A stretch of 52,949 bases of DNA from Polyangiaceae bacterium (GTDB lineage Bacteria > Myxococcota_A > Polyangia > Polyangiales > Polyangiaceae), in contig JAXLYP010000017.1 in the NCBI GenBank assembly GCA_046351395.1, positions 193,508 through 246,456 of the forward strand, given 5' to 3'. The position numbers were made by a program, and so were the translations under genes. Positions 26,076 to 35,103 of this stretch are shown here, in pieces. Every line of letters begins with the position of its first letter. Position 1 is the stretch's first letter. The notes beneath the pieces were generated by a model. It made no database searches and was not told the origin of the DNA. It saw nothing but the letters and a program-made list of their open reading frames with translations.

Positions 26076-27797
26076 GTGGCCGACGCGCAGACCGAACGCT
26101 GCGAGGGATGTGGCGCCGAGCTGACCGCGGGCGCCCGCTTCTGCGCGACGTGTGGGCGCCCGGTCGCCGCGCTCGCTCCAACCGAGCTGCACGCCCCGAG
26201 GTTCGACGCGACCCCCGCGATGCGCCTCGCGCCGGGGACGATGCTGGGGAGTTACCGGATCGAGGCGCTCCTCGGCGAAGGCGGGATGGGCGTCGTCTAC
26301 CGCGCGCGCGACGAGGTCATGCACCGCACGGTCGCGCTCAAATGTCTGCACACGAACCTCGCGGGGGACGCGGGGATCCGCCGGCGCTTCGGGCGAGAGG
26401 CGCGCGCGCTCGCGACGGTCGTGCACCCGAACGTCGTGCGCGTGTACGACTTCGTCGATCACGAGCACGTCCCCGCGATCGTCATGGAGCTCGTCGACGG
26501 ACCGAGCCTGTCCGCGCACGTCGCGGCGTGGCGTGAGTCCGTCCCGTTCGAGGAGATCCGCGGCCTCTTCGGGCAGATCCTCGCCGCCGTCGGCCACGGG
26601 CACGACAACGGCATCATCCACCGCGATCTCAAGCCAGACAATGTGCTGCTCGCGCGGGAGGCGCGCGGGCTCCGCCCGAAGGTCGTGGATTTCGGGCTCG
26701 CGAAGATCCTCGAGGGGACGACGTACACCGTCACGGGCGCCCTCCTCGGGACGTGCCGGTACATGGCGCCCGAGCAGGTGCAGGACCCGGAGCGCGCGGA
26801 TCTGCGCGCCGACATCTATTCGCTGGGCGTCACCCTCTATCAGCTCGTGACGGGGAGCGTGCCCTTCGATCGGGCGACCCACTTCGCGGTCATGATGGCG
26901 CACGTCAACGAAGCACCGCGCCCGCCATCCTCGATCCGCGCGGACGTCCCTGCGCTCCTCGAGCGCCTCGTCCTCGACGCGCTCGCGAAGGATCCGAGCG
27001 CGCGCCCTCCCTCGTGCGCCGTGTTCCGCGAGCGGCTCGACGAGGCGCTCGCGGCGTACGAGCCGGAGGACGCACCGCCGGGCTCGCTCCCGCGCGTCGT
27101 GCGAGGGGCGGAGACGGCAGATCTCGTGCTCGTGCCCGAGGGTCCGTTTCTCTTTGGCCCGCACCGGCGCCGCGTCGATTTGGACGCGTTCTACATCGAT
27201 CGGACGCCGGTCACGAACGGCGAGTTCGCCGCGTTCGTGAGGGCCACGCGATATGCGCCGTCGGACGAGGGGAGCGGACGGTTCCTGCATCACTTCCGGG
27301 GTGGGAAGGCGCCCGTCGGCGCGGAGCATCACCCGGTGACGCACGTCTCGTGGACCGACGCGCGGGCGTACGCGACGTGGGCGGGCAAGCGACTCCCGAC
27401 GGAGGCGGAGTGGGAGAAGGCCGCGCGAGGGACGGACGGACGGAGGTACCCATGGGGCCGCGCGGAGCCCACCGCGGATCGCGCGAACTACGGGAAGCTG
27501 AACGGTGGAACGACGCCCGTCACCGCGCACGCCGCGGGAGCGTCACCGTACGGTGTGTTGGATCTTGCGGGCAATGTCTGGGAGTGGTGCGAGGACGTCG
27601 ACGATCCCGCGTTTTACCTCGACGGTCCTACGCGGAACCCGAAGAACGCGCCGCGCGCGGGCGAGCGCGCGCGGCACGTGGTGCGCGGCGGCTCCTGGCT
27701 CTACGGCCCGCGCGCCCTGCGCACGGTGTACCGCGCGAGCTTCGAAGCGCACTATCGCGTCGCGAGCGGCGGATTCCGCTGCGCGCGCTCCGCCTGA
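26076..27797 (+). CDS. Ser/Thr protein kinase with N-terminal zinc ribbon and C-terminal FGE-sulfatase (SUMF1-like) domain
   Basis: CEGCGAEL...CATCG; kinase motifs GEGGMGVVYRA, VALK, HRDLKPDNVLL, DFGLAK, APE. FGE domain: HPVTHVSWTDARAYATWAGKRLPTEAEWEKAARG, YPWG, GNVWEWCED, RVVRGGSW. GTG start with GGAGGG upstream. Confidence 0.8.
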   Translation: MADAQTERCEGCGAELTAGARFCATCGRPVAALAPTELHAPRFDATPAMRLAPGTMLGSYRIEALLGEGGMGVVYRARDEVMHRTVALKCLHTNLAGDAGIRRRFGREARALATVVHPNVVRVYDFVDHEHVPAIVMELVDGPSLSAHVAAWRESVPFEEIRGLFGQILAAVGHGHDNGIIHRDLKPDNVLLAREARGLRPKVVDFGLAKILEGTTYTVTGALLGTCRYMAPEQVQDPERADLRADIYSLGVTLYQLVTGSVPFDRATHFAVMMAHVNEAPRPPSSIRADVPALLERLVLDALAKDPSARPPSCAVFRERLDEALAAYEPEDAPPGSLPRVVRGAETADLVLVPEGPFLFGPHRRRVDLDAFYIDRTPVTNGEFAAFVRATRYAPSDEGSGRFLHHFRGGKAPVGAEHHPVTHVSWTDARAYATWAGKRLPTEAEWEKAARGTDGRRYPWGRAEPTADRANYGKLNGGTTPVTAHAAGASPYGVLDLAGNVWEWCEDVDDPAFYLDGPTRNPKNAPRAGERARHVVRGGSWLYGPRALRTVYRASFEAHYRVASGGFRCARSA

Positions 27798-27863
27798 GGC
27801 CGGGGCGCCGAGCGCGCTTTTTCAGAGGCTCACCGCCCGCGGGGACCGTACACTCGGCCTCGC

Positions 27864-28361
27864 ATGCTCGATCGACCCCAGATCCTCGCCGAGCTCGCGC
27901 GCACCCGGACCCAACCGGTGGACGTGGAGGAGCTCCGCTCGCTCGGGTTTCCTCCGCACTATCTCGCGCTCGTCGCGGAGGTCGGGGTGCAGGAGATCGC
28001 GCCCGACTTCCTGATGCCGACGTCGATGCACGTCGCCGTCGAGAACCTCCGGAACGCGAAGCGACTCGGCTCGTACCTCGTCTTCGGGGTCTCCGCGTCG
28101 GGGGACATGTGGCTGCTCGACAAAGATCCGTCGAGGGATCGCGTCGCGTTCCTCCCGCAAGAAGAGGAGAGCGGGCCGCGGGTCGAGCTCGGCATCGGCC
28201 TCGACCAGTGGTTCGAGCTCGCGCTGTTCATGCGCACGCACGAGGCCGCGAAGGCGCGCGCGAAGAGCGAGAGCGAGAAGCGCGCGCTGAAGGCGCGCGC
28301 CAAGAAGTTCATCGAGACGATGTCGCGGACGCTCGCGGAGGCGTACCCGTACCTCCTCTGA
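27864..28361 (+). CDS. SUKH/SMI1-KNR4-like small protein
   Basis: LRSLGFPPHYLALVAEVG ... SGDMWLLDKDPSRDRVAFLPQEE resembles SMI1/KNR4 (SUKH) immunity-type fold; family assignment is tentative. Confidence 0.45.
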   Translation: MLDRPQILAELARTRTQPVDVEELRSLGFPPHYLALVAEVGVQEIAPDFLMPTSMHVAVENLRNAKRLGSYLVFGVSASGDMWLLDKDPSRDRVAFLPQEEESGPRVELGIGLDQWFELALFMRTHEAAKARAKSESEKRALKARAKKFIETMSRTLAEAYPYLL

Positions 28362-28363
28362 AC

Positions 28364-29629
28364 GTGGGCAACGGAACTTCGATCCCCGCTCACGCGGAGC
28401 TCGGCGACTCGCACAACTTCGGGCGCCGCGTCTCGATCTCGGGCGATCGGGTGCGGAAGCCCCGCACGCTGTTCTGGGAGTGGCTGGTCCTCGCGGCAGA
28501 CAGTCCGCTGCGCCTCGCGCTCGATCGCATGGCGCGCGAGGCGCCGGCGTCGTCCGGCCTCGACGCGAACGCGTTCTCGTTCTTGCCTTCGCTGGCGTTC
28601 TCGGGGCACGAGTCGCGCGAGGGAGGCGAGGTCGAGCGCGTCGACCTGGATCCGCTGCCCGCGCTCTCGGACGGCGAGAGGACCCGATTTGCGAGGCTCG
28701 TGGGCCGCTCGATCGCCCTCTTCGCGTGGCTCGGGGTGTCCGACCTGCACTGGGAGAACCTCGTGCTCGGCGTCCGGAGGGACGGTGGAGTGGTGTTCGG
28801 CCCGCTGGACGTCGAGATCATCCTGAGCGACCTCTCGCTCCCGACGGAGACGAAGCTGCTCCCGGACGCGGATCCGGAGTACGCGGCGCTCTGTCGGCAC
28901 GCGTGCGGTGTGCGCCGGGCCCTGCCGTGGCTCGGCAAGCCGATCCGCGCGGGGGATCTCGTCGCGATGGCCTCGGACTATCGCGCCACGCTCGCGCTCC
29001 TCGACCGACAGTCCAACGCGGTCGCGGAGGCGCTCGCGGGCCTACCGGGGCTCGCGGACGCGCCGATCCGCGTTTGTCTGCGCAGCACGGGCGACTACGT
29101 CGAGGCGCGACGCGCCGTGCGCCGAAGCGCGCTCTGGCCTCCCTTGCTGGACGCCGAAGCGGAGCAGCTCGCGCGCGGAGACATTCCCTATTTCTTCCGT
29201 CTGTACGGGCGCCCCGGGATTCACTGGTTCCCCGAGCCGGAGTTGAAAGAGCTCGGGACGCTGCCTTCGAAGGGGGACGTCCCCAAGCTCGATAGGCTGC
29301 TCTCCGTGGCCAAAGGCCTCCGCTCGAGCTCGCGAAAGAGCCTCCGCGAAGAGGGCCTGTTCGCGCTGCTGGGCGCGTTCGATCATCCGTCGATGGGAGG
29401 AAAGTACGAAGATCGCGGCCTCGAGGTCGCGTTCCAGCGGCGCTCCATCGTGCTGACGCTGAAAGGGGGAGAGGAGCTGCGTGCGCACCGCGATTTGGGG
29501 GCGTACGTCGGGAGCGTCTATTTGCCGTGCACCTGCGGGGAGGTCCGCACGGTGTTCGTCCCTCCCGTGACCACCTGCGAAGGCGGGACCGCGGCTCCGC
29601 CACCTGCGAAGGTCAAACCGGGTCGGTGA
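28364..29629 (+). CDS. standalone LanM-N-terminal-like (DUF4135, kinase-fold) protein
   Basis: GDSHNFGRRVSISGDRVRKPRTLFWEW and FARLVGRSIALFAWLGVSDLHWENLVLGVRRDGGVVFGPLDVEIIL match the DUF4135 core (GDSHNxGR..., DLHxENL). GTG start 2 nt after the SUKH stop. Confidence 0.55.
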   Translation: MGNGTSIPAHAELGDSHNFGRRVSISGDRVRKPRTLFWEWLVLAADSPLRLALDRMAREAPASSGLDANAFSFLPSLAFSGHESREGGEVERVDLDPLPALSDGERTRFARLVGRSIALFAWLGVSDLHWENLVLGVRRDGGVVFGPLDVEIILSDLSLPTETKLLPDADPEYAALCRHACGVRRALPWLGKPIRAGDLVAMASDYRATLALLDRQSNAVAEALAGLPGLADAPIRVCLRSTGDYVEARRAVRRSALWPPLLDAEAEQLARGDIPYFFRLYGRPGIHWFPEPELKELGTLPSKGDVPKLDRLLSVAKGLRSSSRKSLREEGLFALLGAFDHPSMGGKYEDRGLEVAFQRRSIVLTLKGGEELRAHRDLGAYVGSVYLPCTCGEVRTVFVPPVTTCEGGTAAPPPAKVKPGR

Positions 29630-29636
29630 TCGCGGA

Positions 29637-30266
29637 TCAAGGGCAGCCCCCATCGATCACGAGTCCAGTCCGGCCGAGCGGCTCGGCGTCGGGCGTCCAG
29701 TCGAGCCCGTCCGCGAACGACATCACGCCCTCCACGTCCACCGCGCAGGGGGGAGCTGAAATCGCGAGCTTCCCACCGAGCGAGGTCGCGTTCGCGATCT
29801 CGCCGATGGGTGTAGGCGGACCGATCCCGGTCCACGGCGCGCAGTCGTCCGCGTCGTGGGTGACGCGCGCGAACTTGATGAGATCGAGCGGGTATTGCCC
29901 GAGATCGACGACCTCCATCGAGAGCGCGTCGAGCCCGAGCTGGAAGCAGAGATCCCGCGCGTCGTCGCGCTTGAGGATCGCGACGGCCCCGGCGTTCGTG
30001 AAGAGGTTGATGGCGCTGTAGGCGTCGCAGGGACCCGCGCACGATCCACTCCCCGTGCTGCTCGACGCGCTCGCGCTCCCGGCTCCACTTCCGGTCGCGC
30101 TCGAGCCGACGGTCGTTCCGCCCCCATCATCCTCGAGCGTGGCGACGTCGCGACACGCGCCGAGGAGCACAATCGCGATCACGAGGGTCGCCCGCGGCGC
30201 CGTGCGCTCGCGAAGGAGTGCTCCGAGGGAGGTCCCTTGGGGTGCGGTTTCGCCGCGCGCCCTCAT
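29637..30266 (-). CDS. Cys-rich small lipoprotein
   Basis: LLGAC lipobox; ATGA overlap with the upstream tssC-like gene. Confidence 0.55.
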   Translation of the reverse strand: MRARGETAPQGTSLGALLRERTAPRATLVIAIVLLGACRDVATLEDDGGGTTVGSSATGSGAGSASASSSTGSGSCAGPCDAYSAINLFTNAGAVAILKRDDARDLCFQLGLDALSMEVVDLGQYPLDLIKFARVTHDADDCAPWTGIGPPTPIGEIANATSLGGKLAISAPPCAVDVEGVMSFADGLDWTPDAEPLGRTGLVIDGGCP

Positions 30267-31615
30267 GGATCGAGCGTCCCTTTCAAGCTGAGCGTGAAGA
30301 ACGCGCCCATGTGCTTGAAGTGCGGGCGCAGCCTCAGATCGAAGGAGCGCCACGCCTCGCCGTCGGTCGAGTCGCGCACGATCACCTGCACCTTCCGCAG
30401 CGGCCTTCGCCCCCGGAGCGCGGGGGGCACGACCTCCCGATCGGCGACGTATTGGCCCGCCCAGTCGTTGAGCTCGCGTTCGTCGTCCACTGCCGTCGTC
30501 GCCCATGATGGCTTTTCGACACGCCGAGGGGGCGCGCCCGGGACGAGCGCCTCTGGGTCGTTGATTTGGAAGGAGCGGTGCACCACCTTCAGGTACTGAC
30601 CAATCCTCGTGGAGATGAACACGTAGGGGAGCTCGGTGCCGAGCCGGTGGTTGAACTCGGCGGCGCGCGCCTCCTCCGAGTTGCCGAAGCGCTTGGGCTT
30701 CATGAGCGACCGCGCCGAGAAGAAGCCCGCGGACGTCGCGTCGACGAAGGAGAGGGGAATGAACCCCTCCTCCGACAGATCGTACTCGGTCCGCTCGCCG
30801 AGGTTCGCGTCGAGCGGCGAGATCGCGCCCTCGGGCGCGCGCGGCAGGTCCTCGATCAGGCCGTCCGCGCGCCCGACGATGTTCGGACACCAGCGGTACT
30901 TCGCGAACGACGACGTGAGGCGCGTCGCGAACGCAACGACCGCGAGCCCCCAAGCGAGATCTTCGGCGCGAGCGGTCTCGTCGTACGTGAAGCCCCCGAG
31001 CGTCTCGGTCGCCTCACGGGCAACGGCGAAGGGAGCGCGGAGGAGGAATCGGCCCACGGTGAGCCCCAGGAGGGATGCGCTCGCCTGGTCTCGCAGTGCA
31101 GCGAACGCGCGGTGATGCGCGGCGAAGTGCGCAAGAAGATCGACCGTGCCGATCGCGCGGCGGTCCTCGATCCCGAAGAAGCCTGGTGAGGCGGCCGCGA
31201 TGAAGGGGGCGAGGGAGCACGTCCCGACCTCCGCGATGCGCTCGAGGAGCGTGATGTCCTCCGGCGTGGGGTCGAACTCGAAGTCGGCGAGGATCGCCCC
31301 GTACGGTCGGTCGGTCGCGCCTCGGGCCGTCACCGCAAAGAACGCGCTCTCGCGCGCGGGCGCGCCGGAGCGCACGAGGTCGACGCGGAGCTCGTCGAGC
31401 GTACACGGGTAGAACGCGATCTCGATGTTCTCGCGGAAGTTCGTCCGCTCGACCAGGAACGCGAGGCTCCGCCACGCCCGCTCGAGGCGCTGGAACTTCG
31501 GGTGATGGAGGATCGCGTCGAGCTGCGCGGCGATCCGACGGTCCAGCGAGTCGATGATCGCGTCCGCGCGCGTGGCGGCGAGATCGACGAGGAGCGCATC
31601 ATCGTGCCGTACCAT
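30263..31615 (-). CDS. tssC: type VI secretion sheath large subunit TssC-like protein (N-terminally short, orphan)
   Basis: IAAQLDAILHHPKFQRLERAWRSLAFLVERTNFREN, FAKYRWCPNIVG, LGTELPYVFI and RPHFKHMGAFFTLSLKGTLD match conserved TssC/VipB blocks. Only about 20 aa precede the ILHHP block; the divergent DTW gene starts about 60 bp upstream. Confidence 0.8.
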   Translation of the reverse strand: MVRHDDALLVDLAATRADAIIDSLDRRIAAQLDAILHHPKFQRLERAWRSLAFLVERTNFRENIEIAFYPCTLDELRVDLVRSGAPARESAFFAVTARGATDRPYGAILADFEFDPTPEDITLLERIAEVGTCSLAPFIAAASPGFFGIEDRRAIGTVDLLAHFAAHHRAFAALRDQASASLLGLTVGRFLLRAPFAVAREATETLGGFTYDETARAEDLAWGLAVVAFATRLTSSFAKYRWCPNIVGRADGLIEDLPRAPEGAISPLDANLGERTEYDLSEEGFIPLSFVDATSAGFFSARSLMKPKRFGNSEEARAAEFNHRLGTELPYVFISTRIGQYLKVVHRSFQINDPEALVPGAPPRRVEKPSWATTAVDDERELNDWAGQYVADREVVPPALRGRRPLRKVQVIVRDSTDGEAWRSFDLRLRPHFKHMGAFFTLSLKGTLDP

Positions 31616-31675
31616 CCTGGCATTCGGACCTGCGCGACCTCGCTTGTCAAGGCACGGTGCGCCGATGAAGGCGCC

Positions 31676-32371
31676 GTGATAACGAGCGTCGTGGACGCGA
31701 CCCCGCCCGCCCCGAAACCCGACTCGACGCCTTGCGAGGTGTGCCGGCGTCCTCGCTTCGCGTGCGTGTGCGACCGCGTCGTCGCTTACCCCACCGAGCG
31801 GCGCGTGTTGATCCTGCAGCATCCGCAGGAGCAGGACGCGCTCCTCGGCACCGCGCAGCTCCTCGCGGCGAGCTTGCCGGCGGCGCGCATCGTCATCGGG
31901 TTGAGCTGGCCGAACCTCGGCGCGGCGCTCGGCGAGCCCGAGGTGGACGTGAAGAAGTGGGCGGTGTTGTTCCCCGATCGCGAAGCGGAAGGCGAGGGCG
32001 TCGCCACGCGCCGCGGAGCTCCGGTGGATCCGCGCGCGCTCTCGGGGATCGTCGTGCTCGATGGCACGTGGTCGAAGGCGAAGGCGCTCTGGTGGCGGAA
32101 CCCGTGGCTCACGAAGCTGCACCGCATGACGCTGAAGCCGAAGCAGCCCTCGATCTACGGCAGGCTGCGAGCGGAGCCGAAGCGCGAATACGTCTCCACG
32201 CTCGAGTCCGTGGGCGCCGCGCTCACGCTCTCGGGCGAACCCCCGGAGATCGAAGCGGGCCTCTCGCGCGTCTTTCGGACGCTCGTGCAGCGTGTCCGAG
32301 ACGCGGACGTCGCCCCCGAGGAGCGCAGGCTTTCGAAGAGCACGCGGCCCCCGCGACGACGGCCGGGCTGA
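31676..32371 (+). CDS. DTW-domain protein (tRNA acp3U-transferase-like)
   Basis: CEVCRRPRFACVCDRV and VVLDGTWSKAKALWW (DTW motif). GTG start at 31676 or 31691. Confidence 0.65.
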   Translation: MITSVVDATPPAPKPDSTPCEVCRRPRFACVCDRVVAYPTERRVLILQHPQEQDALLGTAQLLAASLPAARIVIGLSWPNLGAALGEPEVDVKKWAVLFPDREAEGEGVATRRGAPVDPRALSGIVVLDGTWSKAKALWWRNPWLTKLHRMTLKPKQPSIYGRLRAEPKREYVSTLESVGAALTLSGEPPEIEAGLSRVFRTLVQRVRDADVAPEERRLSKSTRPPRRRPG

Positions 32372-32622
32372 CTGGACGACCCGGCGTCTGCCCGTGGATA
32401 CGTGCGACGACCACCGAGCGCACGCAATTCCGCGGAGGACCGCGGCTGAATGGCTCCGTTCTGCGGCGGGTCCTCCACCGCATTCCACGACCGCCCTCCT
32501 GGGCGAAGTGGACAAAAGGCTCCGAATGTCCTCCTCGCGTTGGCGCGCGACGAGGAACTCCGCACGTCGCGGGTGCTCCGCGCGCCGCTCCCCGGGCCAA
32601 CGCGCTGATAGCGTCTCCATCG

Positions 32623-34107
32623 ATGGACGCAGAACCGGAGTCCGACGCTCGCGCGCCGTCGTCGGCGCCGACCTCCGCACCCCTGTCGGACGCGGAGCCC
32701 GCGGTGTCCACGCCAATGTCTGTCGCCGATCCGCCGCGACCCGAGCCCGCGCGACCGACGAGGCCCAGCCGAGATCGACGCGTCGTCGCGGGGATCGTGG
32801 CCGCGCTCGTGGCGGTCGCGGTCGCCGCGTGGGTGATCGTTCGCGCGCTCGCGGGAGCGCCGCGCGTCGCGTTCGGTGTGGCCGCGCTGTCGTCCGACGA
32901 GGCGATCCTCTTCACGCGCCGCGGGGACGGCGCGGCGGCGCGCGTGAACGCCGTCGAGCTCGTCCGCGCGACTGGAGGCCTCCGGTGGACTCATGACGTG
33001 AGCCCACTCGAACCGTTCGAGGTGTCCGGGTACTCCGCAGTCGCCGCGAGTGACGATCGCGTCGTCCTCTCCGGCGCCCGCGACGGGGGGACGGTCGTCG
33101 AAGCGCTCGTTCGGACGTCGGGCGACTTCGCGTGGGCGACCGTCGTCGCGCGGGACGCGTCCACGCCGCGCGCGGGGCCGATGCTGCTCGTGGACGCGCC
33201 TCGCGTGTACGCGATCCACGCGAAGGCGGGTGGGGGAGCGGCGATCACCGCGCTCGAGCTGGACGCGGGCCACGCGCTCTGGACGCTCGACCTCGCCTCG
33301 CCGGACGCGCCGGTCGTGCTGCTCGCGGCGGAGCGTCTCCTCGTCGGGGGGAGCGACGGCGTCGCGCTCGTCGACGGCGTCACCGGTGGAGTGAAGCGCG
33401 CGGTCCCGATGAGACAGATCGCGTGCGAGACGCCGCTCGGGGTCGTCGGGTTCGACGGGGCTCATCACGTGACCCTGTTCGCCCCGCCCGGGCCGACCGG
33501 TGAATCGGGGGCGTCGGTGACCGAGCTCGATCGAAATGCGTCGCGTGGCCCGTGCGGCGTGCGCGGCGAGGATGTGGTGTTCAGCGTCGTCCGGGACGGC
33601 AGGCGCGGCCTCATGCGACTCGAGCCGACGACGGGGAGGCAGCGGTGGATCGTGGATCTCGGCTCGGTCGAGCTCGGCGCATTCGAGACGGTCGACGGGC
33701 GGCTGCCCCGCTTCCTCCCCGTCGCGCTGACGCGTCGAGCGGACGACGCGACCCACGTGGCGGTCGTCGACGTGGACGAGGGCGTCGTCGTCAGAGACCC
33801 ACCCATCGACGCGCGCGCGAGCGCGTTCGTGAGCGCTGAGCGCGCGTGGATTCGCGCCGGTTCGGTGATCGTCGCCCTCGACCCTGCGACGGGGAACATC
33901 GAGCGCGCAACCTCCTATCCCTCGCTCTTTCGGGAGGGCGTCGTCCGTCGCGACGACGCGCGGTTCGGTGTCCTCTTCGCCGTCGGGGACGACAGTCGCC
34001 GTCCCCCCGACCTACCGTGGATCGCGATCGATCTCGCGACCGCGCTCACGCGCCGCACGAACGGTGGGGTCGCGTCGACCGACGTGACGGCTCGCGGCTG
34101 GCCCTGA
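32623..34107 (+). CDS. membrane-anchored PQQ-like beta-propeller repeat protein
   Basis: Acidic N-terminus, TM (VVAGIVAALVAVAVAAWVIV), and repeated ...GHALWTLDL / ALDPATGNI propeller blades. Confidence 0.6.
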   Translation: MDAEPESDARAPSSAPTSAPLSDAEPAVSTPMSVADPPRPEPARPTRPSRDRRVVAGIVAALVAVAVAAWVIVRALAGAPRVAFGVAALSSDEAILFTRRGDGAAARVNAVELVRATGGLRWTHDVSPLEPFEVSGYSAVAASDDRVVLSGARDGGTVVEALVRTSGDFAWATVVARDASTPRAGPMLLVDAPRVYAIHAKAGGGAAITALELDAGHALWTLDLASPDAPVVLLAAERLLVGGSDGVALVDGVTGGVKRAVPMRQIACETPLGVVGFDGAHHVTLFAPPGPTGESGASVTELDRNASRGPCGVRGEDVVFSVVRDGRRGLMRLEPTTGRQRWIVDLGSVELGAFETVDGRLPRFLPVALTRRADDATHVAVVDVDEGVVVRDPPIDARASAFVSAERAWIRAGSVIVALDPATGNIERATSYPSLFREGVVRRDDARFGVLFAVGDDSRRPPDLPWIAIDLATALTRRTNGGVASTDVTARGWP

Positions 34108-34276
34108 GGGGCCATCTGGACTTCGAGCGCGCGCGGAGTCCGCTGACGGGCGCTCGATCGTCGTCGATGGATCGGCTGGGACGCCGCCTCGGTCGTCCTC
34201 CGCGCGCACGGATCCGCTGGCATCTCGTCCGCTCATCGACTGGCGGAGACACGCGTGCGGGCGTAAAAGCAGCGCC

Positions 34277-35062
34277 GTGCCCACGAGACGCGTTGCCCTG
34301 TGGTGTTCGGTTGCGTGCATGTTCGTCGCGGGTTGCGCGAGCTCGAAAGGGGTCGAGCGCGAATCCGCCGGCGACCGCTCCCCCGCGACGAGCCCTGCAC
34401 CGCGGATCTCGCGCGGGCCGATCGTCGTCAACGGCTACCCCACGAATGTCGGAAGTGGGTTCGCCGCCGTCGCGACGTACGCGGGATTCACCCGCGACGG
34501 GCGGGAGCTCGGCCTCTGCTGGAGTGACGGCGCCTCCGACGAGATGCATTGTCGCTTCGAGGACCGCGCGGGGGGCGCACGCGGGTTCGACGCGCCCTTG
34601 GCGACGCAGTTCACAATCGCGAGCGGCGAGGTCGCGACCTGGCTCGCGGCGCAGGGCATCCGGCCGTTCGAGCGAATGAAGGGACCGGACGCCGCCGCGT
34701 GGGACTCGCTGCCGCCGCCGCTCGTCGGAGAGTGGAAGCACCCCGAGATCACCCTCGAAGTGCGGGAAACTCCGCCCGTCGTCGCGCCCGGGGGTGTCGC
34801 CACGACGCCGCCTCGCCTCGAGCTCGGTGGCAGCATGCCTGGCCGCGCGCCCTTCTTTCCCTACGTGTTCGAGCCCGCGGACGATCCGCTCGACGCGCAC
34901 TACATGCAGGCGGTCTTGCTCGCGCTCTCCCCCGATGGGACCGAGCTCGGCCTCATCACACAATCCCCTCGGGGGGAGTACGACACGAGCTTCGTCATCC
35001 GCCGGATCCCACTCGACGACCTCGGGGCTCGCATCAAATTCCGCCGGCCGTGCTGCCGCTGA
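34277..35062 (+). CDS. hypothetical lipoprotein
   Basis: GTG start; lipobox MFVAGC; high GC3. Confidence 0.5.
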   Translation: MPTRRVALWCSVACMFVAGCASSKGVERESAGDRSPATSPAPRISRGPIVVNGYPTNVGSGFAAVATYAGFTRDGRELGLCWSDGASDEMHCRFEDRAGGARGFDAPLATQFTIASGEVATWLAAQGIRPFERMKGPDAAAWDSLPPPLVGEWKHPEITLEVRETPPVVAPGGVATTPPRLELGGSMPGRAPFFPYVFEPADDPLDAHYMQAVLLALSPDGTELGLITQSPRGEYDTSFVIRRIPLDDLGARIKFRRPCCR

Positions 35063-35103
35063 CACGGGGGCGTCCGATGGACGTTCCCTTCACGCCAAGC
35101 CCA

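Noticed and set aside
25560-27530. ORF 25560..27530(-), antisense to the Pro-rich gene and the STK
   Set aside because: No motifs, Arg-rich. The plus-strand STK has unambiguous kinase and FGE motifs.
29723-30172. ORFs 29723..30172(-) and 29856..30599(+), overlapping the Cys-rich lipoprotein and tssC
   Set aside because: Off-frame translations with no motifs. The real frames carry the lipobox and the TssC blocks.
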